Assembly (NCBI GenBank): GCA_965228895.1
Contig: OZ245842.1
Span: 320,001 to 384,000, forward strand
Length of the DNA stretch: 64,000 bases
Direction: 5' to 3'
DNA from: Alphaproteobacteria bacterium
GTDB lineage: Bacteria; Pseudomonadota; Alphaproteobacteria; SP197
The position numbers and the translations under genes were made by a program. Positions within the stretch are counted from its first letter, which is position 1, and the number at the start of each line of letters is the position of its first letter. The notes under the pieces are model-generated. The model was not told the DNA's origin. It was given only the letters and a program-made list of their open reading frames with translations, and ran no database searches. Positions 19,169 to 29,150 of this stretch are shown one piece after another.

Positions 19169-22100
19169 ATGATGCGCACTGAGGACGAACCCGAACACAG
19201 TACGATTAGAGCCTGGAAGTCTTCACGATCCGGGGCTTGGGCCGGGCGCGGATTTCATTACCAGCACCTGATTTCAACTTTGATTCTATCACGACAGTGG
19301 GCCGGCCTTGCGCCATCCGGTTTTCTCGTGCCCGAGGGACTAGACGACTGCGTTGTCGAGCTTGCAGACCGTGATATCTGGCTTCAGATCAAATCGCGAA
19401 AGGACAGTGCATTCAACAACAGCGAAGTGCAGGCGTTCCTGACCGCTACCCGTGCCAAGGCCGCAGCGGTTGAAGGCGCGAAGGAGAACCATGCTACCGT
19501 TGTTCTTGAGCATCCGCGGACCGGCCGCACTGAGGCGGGCATCGACCAGATGTTCGCGGATGAGAACCTATCGGTATTTGCATGTACGGAGCCGGGAGAG
19601 GAAGCTGTCAAACTGCTTTTGGGGCAGCTCGACATAGCGGAAGTCATCGCTGAAGGTATTGTCAGCGATCTGTACAGACTGGTTGCCGATGCGTCGCAGG
19701 CGAACGCATCTTTACCCTTCGAACAAAGACAGCGGATTTCCACAACAGAGGTAGAACGACGTATCCTTGAACGTTTGGAGGCCGAAGACCCTTCCGCAAT
19801 AGACCGCGCCATGGCGTCCGGCGCTCTGGAACCCGTCGATTTCAAGAGCTCTATCAGCGAGCCAGCCTTCTACCAAGGTGTAAAGGTCAGGCCAGGCCAC
19901 GTCGCTGCCGGGCTTGTGCTGGACCGCCCGGACGATACGGATACGGTTGTCCGTACACTCAGACGGCTACGGCATGTGCTCATATCGGGTCCGTCGGGCG
20001 CCGGAAAATCCGCGCTCATGTGGCTGTGCGCCCGTCTGTTGGCTGGTGAGATCAGGTGGTACCAGATCACCGCACGGGCTGTTCCTGCGGATGCCGATGC
20101 CGTCATTCGCTTTGTACGCGCCCGCCGTCCCACCGAAGATTCCCCGATCGGTTTGGCGTTCGATGATGTTGGTTCTACAAACAGCGACCTTTGGGACGTG
20201 CTCGTCCGTGAACTGAGAGGGATGCCGTCCGTCTATTTTCTTGGCTCGGTGCGCCAGGAAGATGTCACTCTCATCGCCAACCAGTCAGATACCGAGTTCA
20301 TAGCCGTCAGCCTTGATGAAGAGCTGGCCGAAACTGTCTGGCAGAATCTCCACGCCGAGAATCAGACAAACTGGGAACACTGGCGCGAACCCTTCGAGCA
20401 GTCCGAAGGTCTCATGCTCGAATATGTACACCTGCTGAACAAGGGACGACGGCTTGCAGCCGTTATTGACGAACAGGTTCGGCAGCGGCGACAGGAGGAG
20501 CGGCTCGACGAACTTGCGATCATAAGAAGCACCGCCGTGCTATGCGCCCGTGGTGCAGAAGTTCATGCGGGCAAGCTGTTCAAACTACTCAACATTAACC
20601 CCGAGGACGCCAGCCGTGCAATGTCCCGTCTCCTTGACGAGCATCTGGTGAGAGAAAGCCGACCCGGTGTACTGGGCGGCCTGCACATGTTGCGCTCGCA
20701 GGCACTCAGCGAGGCATCACACGATGAGGTTGCCCTCTTAAGTGCGGACTCCCTCTGGCAGGGCCTGCCTGCGACGACAAACGAAACCCTGCCAAGGACA
20801 GTTCAATCGATCCTCGCAGACGCGCGGGACGAAGGCGAGGCAACAGCCTTAGGCAAATTCGCGGAAATGCTTGGAGCCAGCGCCGATGTTGATACATGGG
20901 TGGCCCTCCTGACTGGACTTGGGCTCGCAACCCTGGAACGCCGGGTTGCCTCGTTTATGGAAGTGCTTGAACAGCACGGGGTGCAGCGCGCCCAATGGTC
21001 GCTTGCATCCATGTTCAGCGATCCGGGCATCGACATTCCTGAGCTGTCAGAGTTTGAACAATGGCAAGACCTTCGAGACGCTGTGCTCGCTTTCCGTGCT
21101 TTACCGAAAGACGACCTTCGGCCCGCCTGCCTGGAGCACCTTCCCAAGGAAAGTACCGCCCCGTCCTGCCAGAATTTGCAGCAGGCCAACAAGTTTCTCT
21201 CATGCCTCGCACCGATCGGCGGGGGTGAGCCCGTGCCGCTTACAATCGCGCCAGATTTCGTTGGCGATGCACAGCAGGATATACGGCAAGTCGCAGCCTT
21301 GCTTTCCACGGCTTACCTAATCGGACCGGACCTGGCCCGAGATCTCGTGCAGGCGTTCGGCGGCGAACAGGTCCTGTTTGAGTTGTTCCGGTCTCAAACG
21401 CCGTGGGTATCCACCCCCGTTATTGACCCCAACGGGGCGCATGGACGTACTGTCCGTTCCGACTGGTACTACGTGGCTGAACAGGAACAGTCCGATCCCC
21501 ATGAGTCGGTTTGCAGCATTGGCGAGACCTTGATCGCAATATCACCGGACTCGGATGCTGCGGCATCGGATGCGGTGAATCCGCAGGGCGAGCCTATTAC
21601 AATCGGGGACCTCACGCCCTGGTCCAAGAATATGCCGAGGAAAAACATTCCCAGCAAAACCCGCGTTGCGTGGAACGTGGCCTTCCGGCAAGTCATGCTT
21701 GCCCGATCAGCTTCCGACAGTCTCACCGACTATACCCGGCAAATGGCTGAACTGCTAAGGCGCACCGAAAAGGTCTTTCGGTCGTTCACCGAGAAATGGA
21801 TCAAGGGCAAAAGCATCGGGAATGCCGACGCGCTGGCCGAGGAAGTCAATGAGATTATTCAGGCCGTCAATGCACTCGCCTACGCCACGCCCGAAGAACC
21901 AACATCTGAAATGACAGCGCCTGCGGCTGGTGCAGGGGAGGACGATACACTCGGCGCGCTGCTTACGGGCATACTCGGCAATCTCATGAGAAGAATGAGC
22001 AAGCTTCCCGGAGAAGGAGCCAAGGGCACAGCCACCTTTGCGGGGAGCCTGGCAGCACAGGCGTGCGAACATGAGAAATCGGCCATATGGCGGACAAGTT

Positions 22101-23059
22101 CAGAACCGCCCCTTCGTGAACTCGGCGCTTTGAGAGAACGTCTCGGCGATGTCGCCTGCATATTGCACGAAATGGCGCATGACGATGGGACATCGTCAAT
22201 TCAGGGAATCGTCAAGGCCGCGCGAAAAGGCCACTTAGGTAAGGCAGTCCGTGCGGCTGCTCGGCGTTGCGGTTCGTTGGCCGATCAGCGGTTCGGCCAA
22301 CGGCTGAAGGCTATGGAAACAGCGCTTAGGGATAACGGCTGGAATGCCCGGTGCTGGTCCCGGCCGATTGACGAGGCCGACAGCGTGTACTGGCCCGCGC
22401 GGGAGGTCGCGGTTCTTGTTGAAATCACGGATTTTGAGACGGACGCGGGATACATCGAAGATTCTCTTATGATGGGGCAGGACTATCTTGGAACCGACTG
22501 GCGCTTCAGAGTTTTGCCGGTCCTCAATGGCTATGTTGTGCCGGCTTTGGCCTTGCTTCCTTCATCACATGTACCGTTGCCTGATCAGGACTTCGCGAAG
22601 GACTGGCGGGACCATATTGACCGTCCGTTCTTGTCCCCGGAAATCGTAGACAGATTTGATGAAGCGTTAGCCGCCTGCAACCAGCTATCAGGAATCCTGG
22701 CTTGCCGCAATCCGGACAATCTTCATCCGGATGAAAATGAGGTACTTTCGAAGTCCGCTGAGTCCTTCGAGCGCAATCATGACTTGGTTGCTGAAGCGGC
22801 TGAACGGACCGGATCCGAGTACCTGGCATGGGCATACAACTATCTGAGCGAAACCTGGGATCAGGTTGTTCGTGAGTTTGAGTCTGTAAAAGCCGGCCAT
22901 AACGTTGCCCAGCCGCTTTGTATGAATGCCCATTTGGCACTTGCAGGCGAGACGAACGACCAGCTAGCGGATCTTGCCGCCGCGCGCATCCTTTTGCTGC
23001 AGGCTGAGTGCATGAGCACAGTCGAACACACTGACACTCTGCCGTCAGGAGCATCGTGA
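19169..23059 (+). CDS. Large nuclease-NTPase protein (Cap4/DUF4297-like N-terminal nuclease + P-loop NTPase + long C-terminus), Avs/STAND-like
   Basis: AGRGFHYQ...EGLDD...LQIKS; GPSGAGKS Walker A; LAFDD Walker B. Confidence 0.7.
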   Translation: MMRTEDEPEHSTIRAWKSSRSGAWAGRGFHYQHLISTLILSRQWAGLAPSGFLVPEGLDDCVVELADRDIWLQIKSRKDSAFNNSEVQAFLTATRAKAAAVEGAKENHATVVLEHPRTGRTEAGIDQMFADENLSVFACTEPGEEAVKLLLGQLDIAEVIAEGIVSDLYRLVADASQANASLPFEQRQRISTTEVERRILERLEAEDPSAIDRAMASGALEPVDFKSSISEPAFYQGVKVRPGHVAAGLVLDRPDDTDTVVRTLRRLRHVLISGPSGAGKSALMWLCARLLAGEIRWYQITARAVPADADAVIRFVRARRPTEDSPIGLAFDDVGSTNSDLWDVLVRELRGMPSVYFLGSVRQEDVTLIANQSDTEFIAVSLDEELAETVWQNLHAENQTNWEHWREPFEQSEGLMLEYVHLLNKGRRLAAVIDEQVRQRRQEERLDELAIIRSTAVLCARGAEVHAGKLFKLLNINPEDASRAMSRLLDEHLVRESRPGVLGGLHMLRSQALSEASHDEVALLSADSLWQGLPATTNETLPRTVQSILADARDEGEATALGKFAEMLGASADVDTWVALLTGLGLATLERRVASFMEVLEQHGVQRAQWSLASMFSDPGIDIPELSEFEQWQDLRDAVLAFRALPKDDLRPACLEHLPKESTAPSCQNLQQANKFLSCLAPIGGGEPVPLTIAPDFVGDAQQDIRQVAALLSTAYLIGPDLARDLVQAFGGEQVLFELFRSQTPWVSTPVIDPNGAHGRTVRSDWYYVAEQEQSDPHESVCSIGETLIAISPDSDAAASDAVNPQGEPITIGDLTPWSKNMPRKNIPSKTRVAWNVAFRQVMLARSASDSLTDYTRQMAELLRRTEKVFRSFTEKWIKGKSIGNADALAEEVNEIIQAVNALAYATPEEPTSEMTAPAAGAGEDDTLGALLTGILGNLMRRMSKLPGEGAKGTATFAGSLAAQACEHEKSAIWRTSSEPPLRELGALRERLGDVACILHEMAHDDGTSSIQGIVKAARKGHLGKAVRAAARRCGSLADQRFGQRLKAMETALRDNGWNARCWSRPIDEADSVYWPAREVAVLVEITDFETDAGYIEDSLMMGQDYLGTDWRFRVLPVLNGYVVPALALLPSSHVPLPDQDFAKDWRDHIDRPFLSPEIVDRFDEALAACNQLSGILACRNPDNLHPDENEVLSKSAESFERNHDLVAEAAERTGSEYLAWAYNYLSETWDQVVREFESVKAGHNVAQPLCMNAHLALAGETNDQLADLAAARILLLQAECMSTVEHTDTLPSGAS

Positions 23060-23062
23060 CCA

Positions 23063-23326
23063 ATGACGTGTTCACCGTCTCCAGAAGAAACTGTTGTCGC
23101 CCATATGACGGGTCCTGTACCGGAACGCCGTGACGACATGCGGGCTTTATGGGAATGGTATGACCTGGAAGTGATCGTCGTTCAGGATGCGAAACACATC
23201 ACGTGGAATGCAACCAAAGGGGACACCAATCACGGCGCAGCCTATGCACGCCCGTCCACTCAGGAAGTATCCGGTGGCCGAACTCTGGTACACTCTCTTG
23301 GCGGCCTTAGGTCGGACTTCCTGTGA
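23063..23326 (+). pseudogene. Probable truncated gene (N-terminus reminiscent of Lit/peptidase U49-like proteins)
   Basis: ATG 3 nt after the upstream stop; protein-like for about 50 codons, then overlaps a convergent gene. Confidence 0.3.
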
Positions 23327-24131
23327 TCATATCTGAGGCCGGTATGCGCAGCGACCAATCGTGCCTGCGCTCTGCACGAAAGCGGCGCCTTTTGGCACAT
23401 GCGCCATCGGGCCGGATTTCACAGTCCAGATCGTCTAGGGATGGCTTGGACATGTTGAAATTTACATTGAGCGAGTCGTAACCCAGATCATCTATGTAAG
23501 TCTTGTATCTAAAGCCGGCATAGACAGCGGCGGCGATCAACGCGCCGTTGGATACATAGCGTGGGCCCAGCCTGCCGCCCTCCGGGTAGTTGCAGCTGTA
23601 GTTTTCCGCGATATGCTTTAGCCGGTCGCTGCCGGTGCCAGGTCTTATTGTCTTCGTCGGCTCAACGCGCCCGACAAAAGCGAGTGAGAGCAGGAACTGC
23701 TCAATTCCGTCATTGCCGAGAAATTCCTTGCGGCTTTGAAGCACGCGGCCATAGTGCTCCTGTGCGGTCTCCCAGTTGCCGTCATCTTTGCGTTTGCGCC
23801 GGCCGACACCGATACCGTGTAGGGTCAACCTCCTATCAGTAGCAAGTAGGGCTCGTACTAGAAATCGGGCGACCGCCAGATAGAAGGGCTTCGGTTCGAC
23901 CTGAAAATCGTGTGCCGCGAGATATGCGCCGAAAGCAGCACCGTCTGCCGTCGCCATAACGGGCGAGGGCGCGCGGGCGGCTGCTAGGAGTGAGGCGTAA
24001 GTCTGAAAACCGAGGCCGCGGCCAAGGGCTTCACAGCGATGCGAAGACTTCACGCCGCACAGTGCTTTGCCCAGATCGGTCTTGAGTTCAGCAATGTTCG
24101 ATGACGTTACAGGAAATGTAAGAGTAAACAC
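23307..24131 (-). CDS. Hypothetical protein with an N-terminal Glyoxalase_8-like helical domain
   Basis: GGAGG RBS + GTG 24131; LK..L....SSHRCEALGRGLGFQTYASL pattern. Confidence 0.65.
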   Translation of the reverse strand: MFTLTFPVTSSNIAELKTDLGKALCGVKSSHRCEALGRGLGFQTYASLLAAARAPSPVMATADGAAFGAYLAAHDFQVEPKPFYLAVARFLVRALLATDRRLTLHGIGVGRRKRKDDGNWETAQEHYGRVLQSRKEFLGNDGIEQFLLSLAFVGRVEPTKTIRPGTGSDRLKHIAENYSCNYPEGGRLGPRYVSNGALIAAAVYAGFRYKTYIDDLGYDSLNVNFNMSKPSLDDLDCEIRPDGACAKRRRFRAERRHDWSLRIPASDMITGSPT

Positions 24132-24255
24132 AGATGCATCCTCCAGTCTTGGGGGCAGTGCCGTTCGCCGATTACGCAGCAGCCCGCTGGTGTGATGCGG
24201 TCTGTTACACGAGATACAATTTGACTGCAGGACGTTTGACTCGGCGACAAGTCGA
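24130..24255 (-). promoter_or_regulatory. Structured 5' leader sequestering the RBS and start codon, with a 7-nt loop-pairing element
   Basis: 24130-24146 pairs with 24187-24205; 7-mer at 24165-24171 is complementary to 24241-24247. Confidence 0.55.
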
Positions 24256-24508
24256 TGGTGTCCAAACCGAGCCCAAAAATAGTCGCCACAGCCTTTTTGG
24301 TCAAGGTCGAACGTTCTAAGCATTTGACCACAATCCGTTTTTGACCTTTCTGCTGAGTGCGTCCGCCCGCCTGCGCTTCGGGCTCCGGCGAGACGAACCG
24401 GGCTCTCGTGAACCGAGCCCGCAAGGTGCGGTCTCGGCCATGCCATCGCTCAAAGTGACGCGACAGGCCAGAGCGGCGCTAAGCCTGTCGCGCCTGCGAG
24501 CTACGATG

Positions 24509-25204
24509 TTAGGCAGCTTTCCAGAACGGCTCAGCGAAAATGTCGATCGGCGTCGCGCTGCATTTTGGGCAGTGCCACATGTTCGTGGCCATCTGCGCAC
24601 CTGTGGAGACAGCATCACAGTGTAAACAGTGCCACTCACTCGACAGCCCTCGCTCACCAAATAGCGGATGAAGTGTCCGCCCTTTTCCATCTGGTTTTGT
24701 CGAGCGCCGCGGCCAGTCAGTCGCGATGCGGGCCCGCAGTTCTTCTGCGCCGATGTTTGCGATCGTCAGAGCTTTCGATACGAACGCCGGGTCCAGGATA
24801 GGGTTGTCCATGGAATCGTCGTACATCTCGATCACCGGCTCTTCGGACGGTGCCTGTTCCACGCAAATGGCCCATCCTTGCCCGTACATAAGCACCTCGA
24901 AATCGATCTCTATTGTGTAATCGTGAGCATCGATACTGCCGTGTTCCTTGGTCGTGAAGCCCAGTCCAATAGGGGGGCGAGAGTGCGTGTCGACATTCCC
25001 TGCATTTGAGGCATTAGCGAGAGCATCCACCTTCGCAGGGTCAGGCCGCCAGCCGGTTTCCCATGCGATGGTCAATGCCTTCCAATGCTGAAATTCGAAG
25101 GCGTTCGCAACCGCATCAAGAGCCTTGTGGTGGGCAATGCGTTGCCGGCGTGCGAGCCGCTTGGCGATGATCTTTAGAGAGTTCAGGTTGTTGTAGTTGG
25201 TCAT
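24509..25204 (-). CDS. Hypothetical protein with an N-terminal Glyoxalase_8-like helical domain and a C-terminal Zn ribbon
   Basis: LKIIAKRLAR...HHKALDAVANAFEFQHWKAL; CLHC...CPKC. Confidence 0.75.
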   Translation of the reverse strand: MTNYNNLNSLKIIAKRLARRQRIAHHKALDAVANAFEFQHWKALTIAWETGWRPDPAKVDALANASNAGNVDTHSRPPIGLGFTTKEHGSIDAHDYTIEIDFEVLMYGQGWAICVEQAPSEEPVIEMYDDSMDNPILDPAFVSKALTIANIGAEELRARIATDWPRRSTKPDGKGRTLHPLFGERGLSSEWHCLHCDAVSTGAQMATNMWHCPKCSATPIDIFAEPFWKAA

Positions 25205-25335
25205 GGTCCATTCCTACGATCTCGGACCTGACTAGGTGCCCACTGCCAATCAAGTCCGCCCAAAGGGAACGGTCATGAAAGAGCTTTAGAGAAAGCACTG
25301 CATAGCTTCGCGCAGGTGGGCAAACCGGCCTGTGC
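25201..25335 (-). promoter_or_regulatory. Structured 5' leader sequestering the RBS and ATG, with a 7-nt loop-loop element
   Basis: Outer stem 25201-25214/25266-25278; 13-bp inner stem 25223-25258; loop 7-mer 25237-25243 complementary to 25316-25322. Confidence 0.6.
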
Positions 25336-25424
25336 TTAAGGCCATGGAAAAAATAGGAAAGATCCGTCGCTTAGTCAAGATACGGGACATTAGCCAACCG
25401 TGTTTACGCACTCAAATGGGCCGC

Positions 25425-25452
25425 ATTTTCCATAATGCAGATTATGGCGCTC
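25425..25452 (+). repeat. dif-like (XerCD-type) site 1
   Basis: ATTTTCCATAA-TGCAGA-TTATGGCGCTC, 11-6-11 layout with CATAA/TTATG inner arms. Confidence 0.65.
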
Positions 25453-25579
25453 GAGAATGTAGGTGCAGAGTTAACAGGTCAGTCCCGAGTAAAATACAGA
25501 TGTCAGTTTTCAACCCTTTTGATGGGGTCTCAGGGATGATGCTAGCGACGGAATTGATGCTGATGAGTGGACGAGAAAT

Positions 25580-26410
25580 AGGCCTTCATCGCAAGGCTGT
25601 CGTTCGATGGCGCTGGAAGGTTTCAGTCCCTACTGATGTTGGAGGTTTCGTCGGCGCGGTGCGCTGCCAAGACATCTGGTGAGATTGGATCTCTCATTCG
25701 ATGGATGAGAGAGCGGGGTCGCCTGTGGGATATGTCGCGTATTCACGGAGAGAAGCCGAGGCTCGCTTTTGGCGTCAGCCAAGCAATAGTCTTGTGCAAC
25801 GTGCAGAAGCGACCCTCCGATACCGATCAGATGTCGAGGACTCTCTACCGAATCTAGACGGTTTGGACGATCGCCATCGACTTGCCGGTCATGCTGGCGT
25901 CGACGTTTCGCATTGTCAGAGTCCGCCGACCCTGTGTTTCGAACAGCAAAATCTGGTGCACCTTGACGTGACAGCCAACCCAATGGCCGAGTGGGCGGTA
26001 CATCAAGTGACCAAAGTGTCTCCATGCGATGCTGTACCCGGTCTCCTCGTCTGTGACCGAGATCAGAAATCCAACGGCATCCAGATTGTGCCGATAGAAT
26101 CTCAATCACCGTGAAAAACGAGACCGTGGAACGCGTGATGGTTTCGCTCCGTCAAGAGCGTCTGGTTCACGTCACGTCATCGTCTAAAATGAACCGCACC
26201 TACAGCACGTTTTCAAGGTCACCCCAACCCACCTCTACAGGTCCCGACCACTTCTGTCGCTGTACAGAAACTCTCCAGCCTCCTTAGGGACGTCGACGAG
26301 CTCGCAGGGCTGCATCGCTGCCCTTCCTGGTGTTGGGGCACAGCATCATCAATAAAAGAGGATGGCGGCGTGGTAGTCAGCACCTTCCGAGGGAATTGGC
26401 GTGTTGGAAA
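25580..26410 (+). pseudogene. Degenerate integrase-core (rve) transposase remnant
   Basis: Fragments HRKAVVRWRWK, SRIHGE, VTANPMAEW, DRD across frames, with stops and frameshifts. Confidence 0.6.
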
Positions 26411-26421
26411 GAGGCTATGGT

Positions 26422-27549
26422 CTAGCATTTAGAGGGCTGCTCAGAATCCTCCAAAAAGTCGAGCGCGAGGCATGACTCGGCGCTCCAGCCAACGGAACAT
26501 GTCATGCCTGGATTAAGCGTCAGGCCGCTTGTCGCAGGCACCATGGTCACGAAGTCATCCCTGCCGCAGAGTGACAATACAACGCGAGTGTGCAGGCCAA
26601 CATAGACCAGCTCCAGAACACGCGCGTGGAACACATTTGCCAAGGAATCTGCGGCGGGATTCCACACAACTTGCTCAGGTCGAACCGATAGCGTAGTCCG
26701 GTCTCCTACTGCATCAACCGCCACCGGCGTGGCTCGAATAATGGAGCCGTCGCTTACTTCGACGCCGCAAACACCTCCACCCATGGAGGCCACGTGGCCA
26801 TCAATGGAGTTGTTGTCACCCACAAATCGAGCGACGAACGTGGTGTCCGGTCGATCATAAATGGTCTTGGGCGCGGCAACTTGCTGCACAGCTCCTCCAT
26901 TGAACACGGCGATCCGGTCGGACATGGTCAGTGCTTCGGCCTGATCGTGGGTTACGTAGACCAAGGTTAGGTTGAGGTCATGATGCAGTTGGCGAATTTC
27001 CAACTGCATCTGTTCACGCAACTGCTTGTCGAGTGCGCCGAGCGGTTCGTCCATTAACACCAAGTCCGGTTCAAACACCAAAGCCCGCGCCAGCGCAACC
27101 CGTTGCTGCTGGCCACCTGACAGGGCACTAGGCTTTCGATGTTCATACCCGCTCAATCTAACCATAGCGGTCGCTCGGGCGACCCTGTCGTCGATCTCGG
27201 CTCGCCCCACGCCACGCACGCGCAACGGGAATCCAACATTACCAGCGACTGTCATGTTCGGAAACAACGCGTAGTTCTGGAACACTACACCAATGTTTCG
27301 GTCCTGCGGCAGTAGATGTGTAATAGGCCGTCCGCGCAACAGGATCTCGCCGACGGTCGGTTCCTCAAATCCGGCAAGCATCATCAGCGTTGTCGTTTTC
27401 CCTGAACCGGATGGGCCCAACAACGTCAGGAACTCCCCTTTCCGGACCTCAAGATCGAGGTCCCGAACGGCCATGACTCCACCTCCATAACTTTTGGAGA
27501 TGTTGCGATAACAGACCAGGTTTTCTGATGCGTTTGCCTCAGCGAACAT
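26422..27549 (-). CDS. Polyamine/amine ABC transporter ATP-binding protein (PotA-like)
   Basis: GPSGSGKT, LSGGQQQR, LMDEP, VTHDQ, TOBE-like C-terminus. Confidence 0.92.
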   Translation of the reverse strand: MFAEANASENLVCYRNISKSYGGGVMAVRDLDLEVRKGEFLTLLGPSGSGKTTTLMMLAGFEEPTVGEILLRGRPITHLLPQDRNIGVVFQNYALFPNMTVAGNVGFPLRVRGVGRAEIDDRVARATAMVRLSGYEHRKPSALSGGQQQRVALARALVFEPDLVLMDEPLGALDKQLREQMQLEIRQLHHDLNLTLVYVTHDQAEALTMSDRIAVFNGGAVQQVAAPKTIYDRPDTTFVARFVGDNNSIDGHVASMGGGVCGVEVSDGSIIRATPVAVDAVGDRTTLSVRPEQVVWNPAADSLANVFHARVLELVYVGLHTRVVLSLCGRDDFVTMVPATSGLTLNPGMTCSVGWSAESCLALDFLEDSEQPSKC

Positions 27550-27631
27550 TATGCTGATGCTCCAGTTAACAGTCGTGGCAGATGTGGCTTTACTGCGATC
27601 GACGGGCCGGACGCCCAGTGGATCGCCTTGA

Positions 27632-28294
27632 TCACGAGACCGTGCCTCTAGATTTCTTAGTCCGACGCATGCGCCGATCCGTGTCTTGCCAGCCCTTGAG
27701 CATCAAATCGACACGTCTTGCAACTAGCTGCTTGACCCGATTCGTCGTGTTTTGGCGGGTCGCGATGTGCGACATCCATTCGTAGTTGGCCATGCCGAAC
27801 AACGCAATCGCCATGTCGTCCGCCGGTAGTTTACGGCTCAACCGATCACGTTCGATCAAAGTCCGTAGCAATTTCGCAATCTGGTCGCAGTCCGCTTCGT
27901 CCCATTGCCGGAAGACGGTGCTGACTTCTGAGCCGGACGTAAGCCATGCCGAATAGGCGTGACACCAGAACGTCCTGTCCCCGATAGCGCTGGAAGAATC
28001 GATCATAGCGTGAAGCAGGTTGACCACGGCTACGACCGGATCATCGTCCGGATCGTCCAGCAATGGCTGGCGCTCGACTTTGACTCGCTCGGTCTGGTCA
28101 AGGATCAGCTCCAACAGCACGCCGTCCTTGGAGCCGAAGTAGTTGTAAATCGTGCCCGTCGCGATTTCGGCATGCTCGGCAATGGTTGTAATCCTGGTTT
28201 GCTCGTAACCACGCTCGTGAAATAGTTTTGCGGCCGCTTCCAGAATCTGCTGCCGCCGGGATGCCTTTTGCCGCGTTCTCAAACCATTCATCAC
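27632..28294 (-). CDS. TetR/AcrR family regulator
   Basis: ILEAAAKLF...GTIYNYFGSK HTH. Confidence 0.9.
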   Translation of the reverse strand: MMNGLRTRQKASRRQQILEAAAKLFHERGYEQTRITTIAEHAEIATGTIYNYFGSKDGVLLELILDQTERVKVERQPLLDDPDDDPVVAVVNLLHAMIDSSSAIGDRTFWCHAYSAWLTSGSEVSTVFRQWDEADCDQIAKLLRTLIERDRLSRKLPADDMAIALFGMANYEWMSHIATRQNTTNRVKQLVARRVDLMLKGWQDTDRRMRRTKKSRGTVS

Positions 28295-28350
28295 AGCAAC
28301 CTCGTCTATGATTGCACAGGTGCTACTATTCCGTTGTCAAGTTAGTTCGC

Positions 28351-29148
28351 TCAACGCCTTAGGGTGCCGTCTCGCCGTCTTAGGAGCCAGGGAGTCAGGA
28401 GCGCTGCTGTTAGCAGGACAAGCAGCGTCGAAACGGCGGCGACCACCGGGTCGGTGTCATCGCGGATCGCCTCCCACATTCTTTTGGGTAACGTCTGAAC
28501 GTTTCGTCCCGTCAGGAAAATGGTCAGGATCAATTCATCCCAAGAGATCAGAAATGCGAGCGCAACACCTGACAACACGCCGGGCCGTATAGTCGGTATC
28601 AGTACGTAACGCAGGAATTGTGAAACAGACGCACCCAGGCTGTGTGCCGCACGTGATAGGTTGGCATCAACCCGGGACAACGACACAAGCACTGCAATAA
28701 CGACAAAAGGCAGTGTGAATGTGGTGTGCGCAATGATTGTGCCGGCGAACGTATCATAAAGGCCAAGTCGGCTCCAGATGCGATACTCACCCAACGCGAG
28801 TACGACGGAGGGAATGACAATCGGAATCAGCGCAAACGTGAGCACAGCTTCCGAGAGCCTCGGATCGAGGCGCCATATACCGATCGCTCCCAGAGTTCCG
28901 AGAACAGTAGCCAGACAAGCTGTTCCCAAGGCCACTAGGATGCTTTGAAAAATTCCTCGCAACCAGCGTTCGCTCGGTGTCATTAGGGTTTCGTAGTGAT
29001 GAAGCGACAAATCGCCGACCGATGGCAGCGAGAGGTAGTCGGTGTTGGTTAGAGACACTGGGAAGGCGACGAACAGGGGCAACACCAGGTAGAGCGCCAA
29101 ACACCACGCGAGACCGCGCACAATACGATATCCGGTCGAAACGCGCAT
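28351..29148 (-). CDS. ABC transporter permease (PotC-like)
   Basis: Transmembrane helices, AAHSLGA EAA loop, SWDE; ATG 29148. Confidence 0.88.
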   Translation of the reverse strand: MRVSTGYRIVRGLAWCLALYLVLPLFVAFPVSLTNTDYLSLPSVGDLSLHHYETLMTPSERWLRGIFQSILVALGTACLATVLGTLGAIGIWRLDPRLSEAVLTFALIPIVIPSVVLALGEYRIWSRLGLYDTFAGTIIAHTTFTLPFVVIAVLVSLSRVDANLSRAAHSLGASVSQFLRYVLIPTIRPGVLSGVALAFLISWDELILTIFLTGRNVQTLPKRMWEAIRDDTDPVVAAVSTLLVLLTAALLTPWLLRRRDGTLRR

Positions 29149-29150
29149 TC

